Source: Candidatus Anderseniibacteriota bacterium
GTDB taxonomy: Bacteria; Patescibacteriota; Andersenbacteria; UBA10190
NCBI GenBank assembly: GCA_016197005.1
Contig: JACPWO010000002.1
Span: 79,851-143,850, forward strand
Direction of reading: 5' to 3'
DNA: 64,000 bases
Shown here in pieces: positions 26,691 to 35,381 of the stretch. The notes under the pieces are model-generated. The model saw only the letters and a program-made list of their open reading frames with translations. It ran no database searches and was not told the DNA's origin. A program made the position numbers and the translations under genes. The stretch's first letter is position 1. Each line of letters opens with the position of its first letter.

Positions 26691-29600
26691 ATGATAATTA
26701 CTAATCGCAAACTGAAACACATTACATCGCAGGGGGTAGCAATTTTTGTCAGCACAATGCTGGTATTTGGACTTCCTTCTGCTGTTTTTGCGCAAGAAGA
26801 AACTCCAACTGAGCAAGCCCCACCTTCCGAAGAAACAACGGCTGCTCCTGCCGAAGTAGAAAAGCCATGCACGAGTGGCTGTAACCAAGGGGCGAATCAA
26901 GGTGTAGGCCAAGGTGGACCTACGGTTGAGGATCTAGGCGGGACGTATGATGAGCAAGGTAGTGCAGTATTGCCTGCTGGTACACAAGATACGCGTCAAG
27001 GCGCGGGTCAAGGTACACCGCAAGCTGCTAGCACTTCAGCGGATGTGAGTGGAAGTAACACGAATACCGGTTCGGGTTCAACAAACACTGCTGGTACAAA
27101 TGTTTCGAATACTCAAACAACTGGTATTACGAATACCGCCACTGATTCAAGCTCTATCGATGCTTTGGGTAATACTGGTGGTAATACTAATAGTGGCAAT
27201 ACGAAAACGGGGCCAACCACAACTGGCAATGCTAGTATTGGTGTCACTCAAGTAAAAAACGATAATACTGCCGTAGTTGGTGGAGATGTTGGTCTAGCTG
27301 TATCTGGACATAATGGCGACTACAATGGCGATCTCAACCTAGATTTTAATGGTCTGGCTTCCCTTTTAGCAGGTGATGGATCCGAGCGATCAGTCCAGGC
27401 TGTAAATAATGCGACTGGCTCCAACTCATCGAATGATGTGGTGGTGTCGTTTGAAGATATTAGTGATACCGAAGTACAGAATGATGGGGAGATTACAAAT
27501 GATGTCGATGTAGCTGCAATCACAGGACAGAACGATGCCAGTCGTAATACGTCTGGTGGCACGATTCTCACGGGTGATGCCAACATTGCTGCTACGCTCG
27601 TCAATTTGTTAAATACCACTGTTCTGAATGGAAATGTGTTTGTCACAGTAAAAGATATTTTTGGTAATTTAACCGGTAATATTAATATTCCTGACTTAGG
27701 TCAGCTCGCCTCATTTCTTTCTGGCGGCGGTCAAGTTGGTGTAGAAGCAGACAACAGCAACACTGGCAGCAATTCAAGCAATTCAATTGATGTAGATATC
27801 ACTGACGAAGACACCTTCACGGTAGATAACGAAGCAAATATAGATACAACAGTTCGGGCTCGCGCAATAACTGGTCAAAATGAAGCCTCAGATAATACTG
27901 GTGGTGGCTTTATTGATACCGGCGACGCTTCTGTATCTGCCAGCAACATTACAATCGCTAACACCACTATTGAAGGTGGTAACTGGGGACTAGTTATCGT
28001 AAATGCACTAAATAAATGGCTTGGTTTTTTAGTGGGTGATTCTGGTGAAGTACGAGCACTTTCGCAGGACGAAACAATTCGTGAAGTTGAGGCTCGCAAC
28101 AACAATACCGGGTCAGGTTCAGATAACACGATTGAAGTTGATGATGTCACTCGGGATACCACTTCCGTAGATAATGACGCGGATATTACAAACAACATCA
28201 CAGCGAGTGCAATCACCGGGCAAAATACAGCTAACCGAAACACTGGTGCTGGTGCAATCAAAACTGGTAATGCAACTGTAAAAGCAACTGCCATTAATAT
28301 TGCAAACACCACTGTAAAGAACGCTAACTTAGGCATCGCAGTAGTTAATATTTTCGGCGACTGGCTCGGTGATCTGTTCTATGGTGGTCAGTCTCTCTTT
28401 GGTGCAAATAGTGCCGCTAACACTCAAGTAGAGGTAGAGGCAGAGAACGAAAATACCGGAGCTGATTCTGACAATACGGTTGATGTAACTGTTGACCGAA
28501 GTCATGTAACCGATATCACCAACGATGCCGATATCTCTACAACCCTGGAAACCGAAATAGATACCGGTAACAACCGTACGAACCGCAATACACGTGGTGG
28601 TTCCATCGAAACCGGAAACAGCGACCTAGCTCTCCATAGCCGAACGATTGCAAACTTGACTGCTCTTATGGATGGCGGCGGACTCAATATTGATGTTCAT
28701 GGAGATAACAATTCAACCGGAGTTGATTCCAAGAATATCATTCGGGCTACTGTTAATGACGAACGTATTATTACCGTGACCAACGATGCAAACGTAAGCA
28801 CTATCCTGCCAGGTCTGGTGAATACTGGTAACAACGAGTCAAGCGACAACACAATTGGTGGTGAGATTGAAAGCGGAGATATTAATGCCAAGGTGGCTGT
28901 CGATAATATGGTCAACCGCTTCATTCTCGCTCTCGGCTCTCCAATAACAACTGGTACGGGTGCAGCGGCTGTTATTGATGGTGACCTCAATAATAACCTG
29001 ACCGGATCGGGTTCACTCAACACCAATGACATTGACGCCACCCGTGACTTCTTACGTACGCTCTTTAATGACGCGGTAGTAAATACAATTATCGACTTAC
29101 TCTTTAACACCGGCGGTAATCAGTCGAATGATAATACGGGGACCGGCTCAACTTCGCCGTTTGCTCCTGCCTCTACGCCTACAACGAGTGCTGCGGCTTC
29201 CACAACTCCTGCTCCATATGTAGCCGCTATTGCGCAACCGCTTGGATATAGCCAGGCAACAATTGACGAGGTGTCGGAGAACAAAACGAATGAATCTTCA
29301 TCAACGGCAAATACTGAAGCGCAGAGTGATCAACAAGAAGACGGAGACAGTAAGACATTTATGGCCGCTTCTGAAGAGTCAAAAACTGTTTTCAAGAAAG
29401 TAGCTGCAGTTTCAACACCAGATTCATCTGAAGATGCCGAAGAGTCAGATATTGTTCCACAACCAGTAGTGGCAACAACTACCCTGCCTCCTCGTAATCC
29501 TCGTCGTCCGCAAAGACTGGCTGCTCTTATCCGCCCATCGCTAGCCGCCGCTCCATCTACGAACGTTCCTGCACCGCAACATTCAGTATCTCCAGAGACC

Positions 29601-29693
29601 AAGCAACAACCAGGTTTTCCAACAATTATTGTTATTGGAACAATATTTGGCACGCTCACCGGAGGGGCAGCAGTGCGACGCCTTTCCGTATGA
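26691..29693 (+). CDS. large secreted repeat protein (1000 aa), S-layer/adhesin-like, with PGF-CTERM-like C-terminal anchor
   Basis: - Signal peptide MIITNRKLKHITSQGVAIFVSTMLVFGLPSAVFA.
- At least five ~115-aa repeats with the skeleton NTGSxSxN...ND(A/D)(D/N)I...AITGQNxAxxNTxGGxIxTGD(A/S)...NTT.
- A Ser/Thr/Pro/Ala-rich linker.
- C-terminus PGFPTIIVIGTIFGTLTGGAAVRRLSV, a tripeptide then a TM helix then a basic tail. Confidence 0.6.
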   Translation: MIITNRKLKHITSQGVAIFVSTMLVFGLPSAVFAQEETPTEQAPPSEETTAAPAEVEKPCTSGCNQGANQGVGQGGPTVEDLGGTYDEQGSAVLPAGTQDTRQGAGQGTPQAASTSADVSGSNTNTGSGSTNTAGTNVSNTQTTGITNTATDSSSIDALGNTGGNTNSGNTKTGPTTTGNASIGVTQVKNDNTAVVGGDVGLAVSGHNGDYNGDLNLDFNGLASLLAGDGSERSVQAVNNATGSNSSNDVVVSFEDISDTEVQNDGEITNDVDVAAITGQNDASRNTSGGTILTGDANIAATLVNLLNTTVLNGNVFVTVKDIFGNLTGNINIPDLGQLASFLSGGGQVGVEADNSNTGSNSSNSIDVDITDEDTFTVDNEANIDTTVRARAITGQNEASDNTGGGFIDTGDASVSASNITIANTTIEGGNWGLVIVNALNKWLGFLVGDSGEVRALSQDETIREVEARNNNTGSGSDNTIEVDDVTRDTTSVDNDADITNNITASAITGQNTANRNTGAGAIKTGNATVKATAINIANTTVKNANLGIAVVNIFGDWLGDLFYGGQSLFGANSAANTQVEVEAENENTGADSDNTVDVTVDRSHVTDITNDADISTTLETEIDTGNNRTNRNTRGGSIETGNSDLALHSRTIANLTALMDGGGLNIDVHGDNNSTGVDSKNIIRATVNDERIITVTNDANVSTILPGLVNTGNNESSDNTIGGEIESGDINAKVAVDNMVNRFILALGSPITTGTGAAAVIDGDLNNNLTGSGSLNTNDIDATRDFLRTLFNDAVVNTIIDLLFNTGGNQSNDNTGTGSTSPFAPASTPTTSAAASTTPAPYVAAIAQPLGYSQATIDEVSENKTNESSSTANTEAQSDQQEDGDSKTFMAASEESKTVFKKVAAVSTPDSSEDAEESDIVPQPVVATTTLPPRNPRRPQRLAALIRPSLAAAPSTNVPAPQHSVSPETKQQPGFPTIIVIGTIFGTLTGGAAVRRLSV

Positions 29694-29699
29694 TGTGCT

Positions 29700-30611
29700 A
29701 TGTTTCAAAAGTTGTCTGACGCAATTCGTAAAGATAAAAAGCGTGCCTACCTTCTGCTCGGAGTAGGAGTGCTTGTATTGCTTCTCATATTAATACAAGC
29801 GACTACTCCTTCTCGTCGTATGCGACAATTGCGTGGAGCAGCTGAGAATTTAGCGGCCGCCGAAACGATGCATACCAAAGCTGAATTAGAACTTAACTTG
29901 CCGGTACAACTTCGTACTCAGGAGCGACCCATTGTTGGTGTAACCGCTCGAGTAGAAGGAGATGTAGACAATCGCGGCGAGCGTCCCCAGCTCAGTGGTA
30001 CTGTTTTCACCGAAGCACGAGGCCGAGGTATGATCCTGTTTGCTGATGGTCAAATTCGCATTCTGCAAGATAAGGTTAGATTCAATTTAGTAAATCTTCC
30101 TGCCCTTCTTAATCCACGCGGCACCCTCATTAACAAATGGACGAACGTTGAGGTTCCGCTGCTTGAGACAAATAACAGTGATGAAGTTAAAAATGCCATT
30201 GGTGCCATTGTCGCTGGAGCAAAATATGTAGGCGAAGAAGATCTACCAGGAGTTGAAGGGGTGTCGGCGAAAAAGTTTACTCGTACATTTACGGCAGAAG
30301 AGGAAGAAGTACTCAGCGAGGCATTTCGTCAGGGACATAGCGGTAATCGCGGATTACATATCCTGACCCGCTTGCTGCGCGCCTTTGATGTGCGGACATT
30401 TGAAATATGGGTCACGGGCGATGAAGTACGACGCGTCTATACGGAGTTCGCTAAAGAGAATGACGCTGAGCCTCGCGCGAAATTAACTCTGGAGTTTAGT
30501 GATTTTGGAAAAGAAGTAACCATCGAGGAGCCTGAACAGGAGATTAATGTTGATGGTGCAGTCTTTGGGCGAATCTTCGGTCGCGGCGAAATCAGCGAGA
30601 TAGAAAATTAA
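29700..30611 (+). CDS. membrane-anchored hypothetical protein
   Basis: N-terminal TM AYLLLGVGVLVLLLILI. Starts 7 nt after the previous stop. Confidence 0.45.
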   Translation: MFQKLSDAIRKDKKRAYLLLGVGVLVLLLILIQATTPSRRMRQLRGAAENLAAAETMHTKAELELNLPVQLRTQERPIVGVTARVEGDVDNRGERPQLSGTVFTEARGRGMILFADGQIRILQDKVRFNLVNLPALLNPRGTLINKWTNVEVPLLETNNSDEVKNAIGAIVAGAKYVGEEDLPGVEGVSAKKFTRTFTAEEEEVLSEAFRQGHSGNRGLHILTRLLRAFDVRTFEIWVTGDEVRRVYTEFAKENDAEPRAKLTLEFSDFGKEVTIEEPEQEINVDGAVFGRIFGRGEISEIEN

Positions 30612-30621
30612 AGATACGGTT

Positions 30622-32304
30622 GTGAGTTTCCGTGTCTGTTTTACTCGCAGTCTGGCACTACTGCTGGCGCTTATCCTTGTTACTCCGCCGCTGACTCTGA
30701 AAGCGGAAGAAGGATCAGTGTATTTAATAGTAGAAGCTGATCATTTCTTTGACATACCTCGAGATATTCGTCTGCAGACACATGTGCGTCCGCTCGGGAG
30801 AGATGAAGCGCTGCAGCGCTGGTATTCGGTAGAGGTAAGCGAAGACGAAGCTGACAGTATATTAGAGCAGCTACAAGCTTCCTCAGCTATTATTTCTGCT
30901 CGCCGCTCTTATATCTATACAACCGCTGCATTGCCAAACGATGCTCTTTTCTCGCAGCAGTATGCCTTGAATAGCCAAAGCTCGCCTCTAGCAGATATTA
31001 ATGCTTCCGCCGCCTGGGACAGGACGACGGGAAGTAGTAGTACTGTCATTGCCATCATTGATGGTGGTGTTGAGGAAGATCACGAAGATCTCCGAGGAAA
31101 AATATGGACGAATACGGACGAGGTAGTTGGTAACAATATTGATGATGACAATAACGGGTATATCGATGATGCTCATGGCTGGGATTTTATTGGACAGCGC
31201 CCTTCTGGCGAAGCTATTAACCACGCTACCCACGTAGCTGGTATTGCGGCAGCCAGTGGTAATAACGGTATAGGTGTTGCCGGTGTAGACTGGGGAGCCC
31301 GAATAATGTCAGTGCGAGTACTCTCCTCCAACGGAGCGGGTCGTGAAGACAGTATTATTGAAGGCATAGAATACGCTATTGCCAATGGTGCTGATGTTAT
31401 TAACCTCAGTTTGGTTGGTGCTCCCTCGAATGCATTGCAAGAAGCAATTGAACATGCGTATACCGCCGGGGTTGTGGTAGTAGCTGCCGCAGGAAATTCA
31501 AACGCTAACACCTCTTCATTCCAAGTTTTTCCGGTATGTGCCGATGGTGGTAGTAATATGGTGCTTGGTGTTGGGGCAACGGATGAGTCTGCTGAGCCGG
31601 CGAGTTTTAGTAATTACGGTGATTGTGTTGATATATCTGCTCCGGGAAATCATATTTTGAGTGCTCGCACACGAAGTAGGTATGGTGAAATGTCAGGCAC
31701 TTCCATGAGCGCGCCGTTTGCAGCGGGTGTAGCTGGTCTGTACTTATCCATCCATCCTGGCGCTTCCCCCAGTGAAGTTATAAATGCCTTGAGCGCGAGT
31801 GCGGGCAATTTTGTTGGTGAAGACAGCGATCAATGGAATGCGCAATATGCTGGTCGTCTTGATGCCGCCGCAGCCGTTGGTAGCTCTGTGCCCGAACCAA
31901 CACCAACTCCTACATCTTCATCTTCTCCTACCCCGACTCCTCAGCCGGAAAATACGAGTAGTTCACAACAAAATTCTGGTGGCAGTAGTGGTGATTCGGG
32001 TGGTGGAGGAGGCGGCGGTGGCGGAGGTGGGGGCGGAAGCTCAGAAGAATCAAAGCCAGCAGCCAAGCCAAAACCGAAACCAAAGGTATTGGGTATAAAA
32101 ACAGTAAAGCCTAATCTAGCGCTGATTCCACAAATAAACGCAGCCTTTCGTTTAGTCTTTGGAAGAAACCCGTTGGTAGTTGAACATGGGTATTGGTATG
32201 GTCGCGTAAAGCGCGGAGACAAGCGTACCTTTATCGAGCTAGTTGGGGCAATGGCCTATCAAAAAGCTAAAGGCTTTACCTACGTTCCCCTGAAAAAGAA
32301 ATAA
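30622..32304 (+). CDS. subtilisin-like serine protease (peptidase S8) with Pro/Thr linker, Gly12 tract and conserved C-terminal module
   Basis: Catalytic triad regions IAIIDGGV (Asp), HATHVAGIAAA (His), GTSMSAPFAAGVAGL (Ser). The C-terminus has PTPTPTSSSSPTPTPQP, then GGGGGGGGGGGG, then a KPKPKPK linker, then FRLVFGRNPLVVEHGYWYGRVKRGDKRTFIELVGAMAYQKAKGFT. GTG start. Confidence 0.85.
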   Translation: MSFRVCFTRSLALLLALILVTPPLTLKAEEGSVYLIVEADHFFDIPRDIRLQTHVRPLGRDEALQRWYSVEVSEDEADSILEQLQASSAIISARRSYIYTTAALPNDALFSQQYALNSQSSPLADINASAAWDRTTGSSSTVIAIIDGGVEEDHEDLRGKIWTNTDEVVGNNIDDDNNGYIDDAHGWDFIGQRPSGEAINHATHVAGIAAASGNNGIGVAGVDWGARIMSVRVLSSNGAGREDSIIEGIEYAIANGADVINLSLVGAPSNALQEAIEHAYTAGVVVVAAAGNSNANTSSFQVFPVCADGGSNMVLGVGATDESAEPASFSNYGDCVDISAPGNHILSARTRSRYGEMSGTSMSAPFAAGVAGLYLSIHPGASPSEVINALSASAGNFVGEDSDQWNAQYAGRLDAAAAVGSSVPEPTPTPTSSSSPTPTPQPENTSSSQQNSGGSSGDSGGGGGGGGGGGGGSSEESKPAAKPKPKPKVLGIKTVKPNLALIPQINAAFRLVFGRNPLVVEHGYWYGRVKRGDKRTFIELVGAMAYQKAKGFTYVPLKKK

Positions 32305-32306
32305 TT

Positions 32307-32954
32307 CTATTGTTGTAGCGCTGAATCGATCGAACTTTTGAGAGCAGTAGCTGAGTACGAACCAGTATAATGCTGGTCGTTTATAAAGAGAGTTGGTGTA
32401 CCTCGAATTCCCAGGGCGCGGCCATCAGCAACGTCAGCAGCTACAACATCACGATGAGTATGTTCATCTAAGGCTGTTCGAAATGCTTCCATATTCAATC
32501 CTAATTCCTGGGCATATTTTTCTAGGTCAGCACGCGTCAGGGCCGGTTGACTTTCAAACATCTTGTCATGGTATTCCCAAAACTTTCCTTGTTTTTGTGC
32601 TTCAACGGCAGCTTCAGCTGATAGCTGAGCGTGTTCGTGAAGTTGAGTAAGCGGGAAGTGACGGAAAACGAATTTGACTGACTGATCAGCATATTCTTCC
32701 TTTAGTTGTTTCAAAAGAGGGTGAAGAGATCCGCAGGCAGGACACTGAAAGTCTCCAAATTCGACCACAGTTACTTTAGCGTCTTGAGCACCAAGGACTG
32801 GATCATCTTCTTGTGATAATCGCTCTGGTTGATCGACACTTGGACCAACTTCGCCAGTTTGGGCGGCATTGCGGTTGGTATATAATCCGGCACCAATAAT
32901 GATGCCAACAGTGGCAACAATTACGCCAATAATCACTTTGGTGTCAGTTGTCAT
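32307..32954 (-). CDS. DsbA-like thiol:disulfide oxidoreductase (thioredoxin fold), membrane-anchored
   Basis: CxxC active site FGDFQCPACGSLHP with an N-terminal TM. I start it at MTTDTKVIIG (32954); the longer track ORF would overlap the VKOR gene. Confidence 0.75.
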   Translation of the reverse strand: MTTDTKVIIGVIVATVGIIIGAGLYTNRNAAQTGEVGPSVDQPERLSQEDDPVLGAQDAKVTVVEFGDFQCPACGSLHPLLKQLKEEYADQSVKFVFRHFPLTQLHEHAQLSAEAAVEAQKQGKFWEYHDKMFESQPALTRADLEKYAQELGLNMEAFRTALDEHTHRDVVAADVADGRALGIRGTPTLFINDQHYTGSYSATALKSSIDSALQQ

Positions 32955-33339
32955 GTTGTTTAGGGTGCAGCCATACAATAAAAAAGGCAAGAGTGGCCAA
33001 GACGGCACTGGCGACACACCATTGGCACCAAGCTTCAACCACAAAAGCCTCCAGATACGTAAGATACAAGGACACAATAAAGCCGCTTGCAGTTATAAGC
33101 TTGAGCCACGTTTTTTTCTCTAGCGCTGTAGCGATGCCTAGTGCGGCATAAAACAGAATTCCGTACGCAGCCGTTGGAATACCGAAGTGCGAAGCAAATC
33201 GACTAGCTTGAACTATGTGACAGCCACCATCGTCACCGCATAGGAGCGGCAAGGCGGAGACGTGCGTAATAAACAAGTAACCAGATATGAGTAATCCGGC
33301 AAACGCGACGGTAGCAAGTAAGTATTTTCTTGCAATCAA
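32944..33339 (-). CDS. vitamin K epoxide reductase (VKOR) family protein
   Basis: 4-TM protein with a loop Cys pair LLCGDDGGC and a TM CxxC, AWCQWC. It overlaps the downstream DsbA-like gene by 11 nt. Confidence 0.7.
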   Translation of the reverse strand: MIARKYLLATVAFAGLLISGYLFITHVSALPLLCGDDGGCHIVQASRFASHFGIPTAAYGILFYAALGIATALEKKTWLKLITASGFIVSLYLTYLEAFVVEAWCQWCVASAVLATLAFFIVWLHPKQHDN

Positions 33340-33341
33340 GA

Positions 33342-33623
33342 TTACCCCCAGCGATCTCTCTCGAGTCGGGCAACTCGTTCGGGAATATCAGCAAATTTTT
33401 CTATCAAGGACTGTACCATTCCTACTAACGTGTTCATTTTATCTTTCACATAACCCATATCTGCTTTCATGTCTGATACATCATTTTTGAGTACAGAAAT
33501 ATCCTCTTTCATTGGTGCCAGTTCTTGGTGTAATTCGTCTTTCGTTACCACTTTATCAAATGATCGGTTAATCATTCCCATTGCATCCTCAAATTCATCT
33601 TTGGTAACGTAGTCGTCTTTCAT
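33342..33623 (-). CDS. small coiled-coil protein (93 aa), hypothetical
   Basis: Heptad-like acidic sequence. Sits between glyA and the VKOR gene. Confidence 0.35.
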   Translation of the reverse strand: MKDDYVTKDEFEDAMGMINRSFDKVVTKDELHQELAPMKEDISVLKNDVSDMKADMGYVKDKMNTLVGMVQSLIEKFADIPERVARLERDRWG

Positions 33624-33649
33624 ATCTTTTTTACTATATCACGCCGAAA

Positions 33650-34918
33650 TTAAATATCGAGCGGGAATTGTTTGCACAATTCGAGGACTTGTCCACGAAT
33701 TTTCTGCTGCAACCCTTCATTATTTGGATCGTGAATAATCTCAGCAATCCATGTTCCAATAGATCGCATTTCTGTTTCTTTCATACCCCGGGTGGTAAGT
33801 GTTGGCGTTCCGAGCCTAACACCACTTGGTTTGAAAGGCGAAGAAGGATCAAACGGAACGGTATTGCAGTTTGTTACAATTCCGCCCTGTTCCAGAGATG
33901 CTGCCATTGGTCGTCCGAGACCAATTCCAAGTGGGCGTAAGTCAATGAGGAGGAGGTGAGTGTCGGTACCATCGGTTACGAGCTTTATGCCTTCGGCCAT
34001 GAGCGTTTCAGCAAGAGCCTTAGCATTCGCCACAATCTGGGCGGCATATTCTTTAAAAGAAGGTTGTAGTGCTTCACCAAAGGCAACTGCCTTAGCAGCA
34101 ATAGTATGTTCGTGTGGGCCACCTTGTAATCCCGGGAATACCGCTTTGTTTATTGCTTTCGCATATTTCTCGTGAGACATAATAATGGCTCCGCGTGGCC
34201 CCCGTAATGTTTTGTGAGTAGTCGTAGTTACAAATTGTGCAGCGGGGAAAGGACTCGCATGTACACCAGCCACAACGAGGCCAGCAATATGAGAGATATC
34301 GGCTAGATGCAGGGCACCAACTTCATCAGCGATAGATTGAAAACCAGCAAAATCAAAGGTACGAGGATAGGCAGTAAAGCCGGAAATAATGAGTTTTGGT
34401 TTATGTCTGCGAGCAAGTTCTCGCACTTGATCTAAATCAATGCGCTCGGTCTTTTCATCAACGGCATAATGAACAGGGGTAAAGTAACGACCAGAAAAGT
34501 TTACGGGGCTGCCGTGTGTTAAATGACCACCGTGGGTCAGATTAAGTCCCATAAACGTATCCCCCTTTTCAAGAACAGCTAAAAATACAGCTTGATTAGC
34601 TGGACTACCAGAATTTGGTTGTACATTTACATGTTCGGCCCCGAATAACTGTTTGGCACGGTCAATGGCCAGAGTCTCAATTTCGTCAGCGTGAGCTTGG
34701 CCTTGATAGTAGCGCTTAGTTGGGTAGCCTTCACTGTACTTATTAATAAGGATGCTGGCTGAGGCTTCGCGAACGGCTGGACTGACATGGTTCTCTGAAG
34801 GAATCATGGTCAAAGTCGTTTGTTGACGCTCTTCTTCAGCTTTAATAATATTCGCAACTTCCGGATCAGTTTCTGTTAAACGAGTTTTTATTCCTTCACG
34901 CTGCTTTTGCATGCTCAT
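33650..34918 (-). CDS. glyA: serine hydroxymethyltransferase
   Basis: PLP-lysine motif TTTTHKTLRGPRGAII; 422 aa. Confidence 0.95.
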   Translation of the reverse strand: MSMQKQREGIKTRLTETDPEVANIIKAEEERQQTTLTMIPSENHVSPAVREASASILINKYSEGYPTKRYYQGQAHADEIETLAIDRAKQLFGAEHVNVQPNSGSPANQAVFLAVLEKGDTFMGLNLTHGGHLTHGSPVNFSGRYFTPVHYAVDEKTERIDLDQVRELARRHKPKLIISGFTAYPRTFDFAGFQSIADEVGALHLADISHIAGLVVAGVHASPFPAAQFVTTTTHKTLRGPRGAIIMSHEKYAKAINKAVFPGLQGGPHEHTIAAKAVAFGEALQPSFKEYAAQIVANAKALAETLMAEGIKLVTDGTDTHLLLIDLRPLGIGLGRPMAASLEQGGIVTNCNTVPFDPSSPFKPSGVRLGTPTLTTRGMKETEMRSIGTWIAEIIHDPNNEGLQQKIRGQVLELCKQFPLDI

Positions 34919-35381
34919 ATGCTCGAGTATATGTTACGAATGAAAAATTATCATAGTGAGTTTGCGTTTGCGGAATCCATTCCTGTTTTGTAACGCGAGG
35001 AAAAAACGCATCACCCTCATATGAGTCATGAATATGGGAGATGTATAATCGATCTGCTATCGGTAGGAATTGTTGATAGACGAGTTCGCCACCCGCAACC
35101 ATGATTTCACTTCCAAAACGTCCCGCTGTTTCCAGGGCGTCGGGGATAGAAGGCACAAATTGGACAGTATCGCTGGTAGATGAGAGTTTATTACTCAAAA
35201 CAATAAGAAAGCGATTGTCTAAGAGGTTGGGAAGCGATTCAAATGTTCGGCGACCAATAATAACAGGCTTACCTTCCGTAAGTGTTCGGAATAATTTCAT
35301 TTCCTGTGGCAGATGCCACGGCATTAGGTTGTTTTTACCTATGACGCCGTTTTTGGCGACAGCTGCAATGATTGAAATCAT
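34896..35381 (-). CDS. folA: dihydrofolate reductase
   Basis: MISIIAAVAKNGVIGKNNLMPWHLPQEMKLFRTLTEGKPVIIGRRTFESL; 161 aa. Overlaps glyA by 23 nt. Confidence 0.9.
   Translation of the reverse strand: MISIIAAVAKNGVIGKNNLMPWHLPQEMKLFRTLTEGKPVIIGRRTFESLPNLLDNRFLIVLSNKLSSTSDTVQFVPSIPDALETAGRFGSEIMVAGGELVYQQFLPIADRLYISHIHDSYEGDAFFPRVTKQEWIPQTQTHYDNFSFVTYTRAYEHAKAA

Noticed and set aside
25546-29659. Many antisense ORFs within the repeat-protein genes (e.g. 25703..26137, 26196..26513, 27875..28336, 28697..29110, 29330..29659).
   Set aside because: They are artefacts of the repetitive, low-complexity coding sequence on the plus strand. Their Ser/Val/Ile-rich translations mirror the Asp/Asn/Thr repeats.
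31941-32222. A 93-aa minus-strand ORF containing a PPPPPPPPPPPPPP tract.
   Set aside because: It is the reverse-complement shadow of the Gly12 tract in the S8 protease gene.
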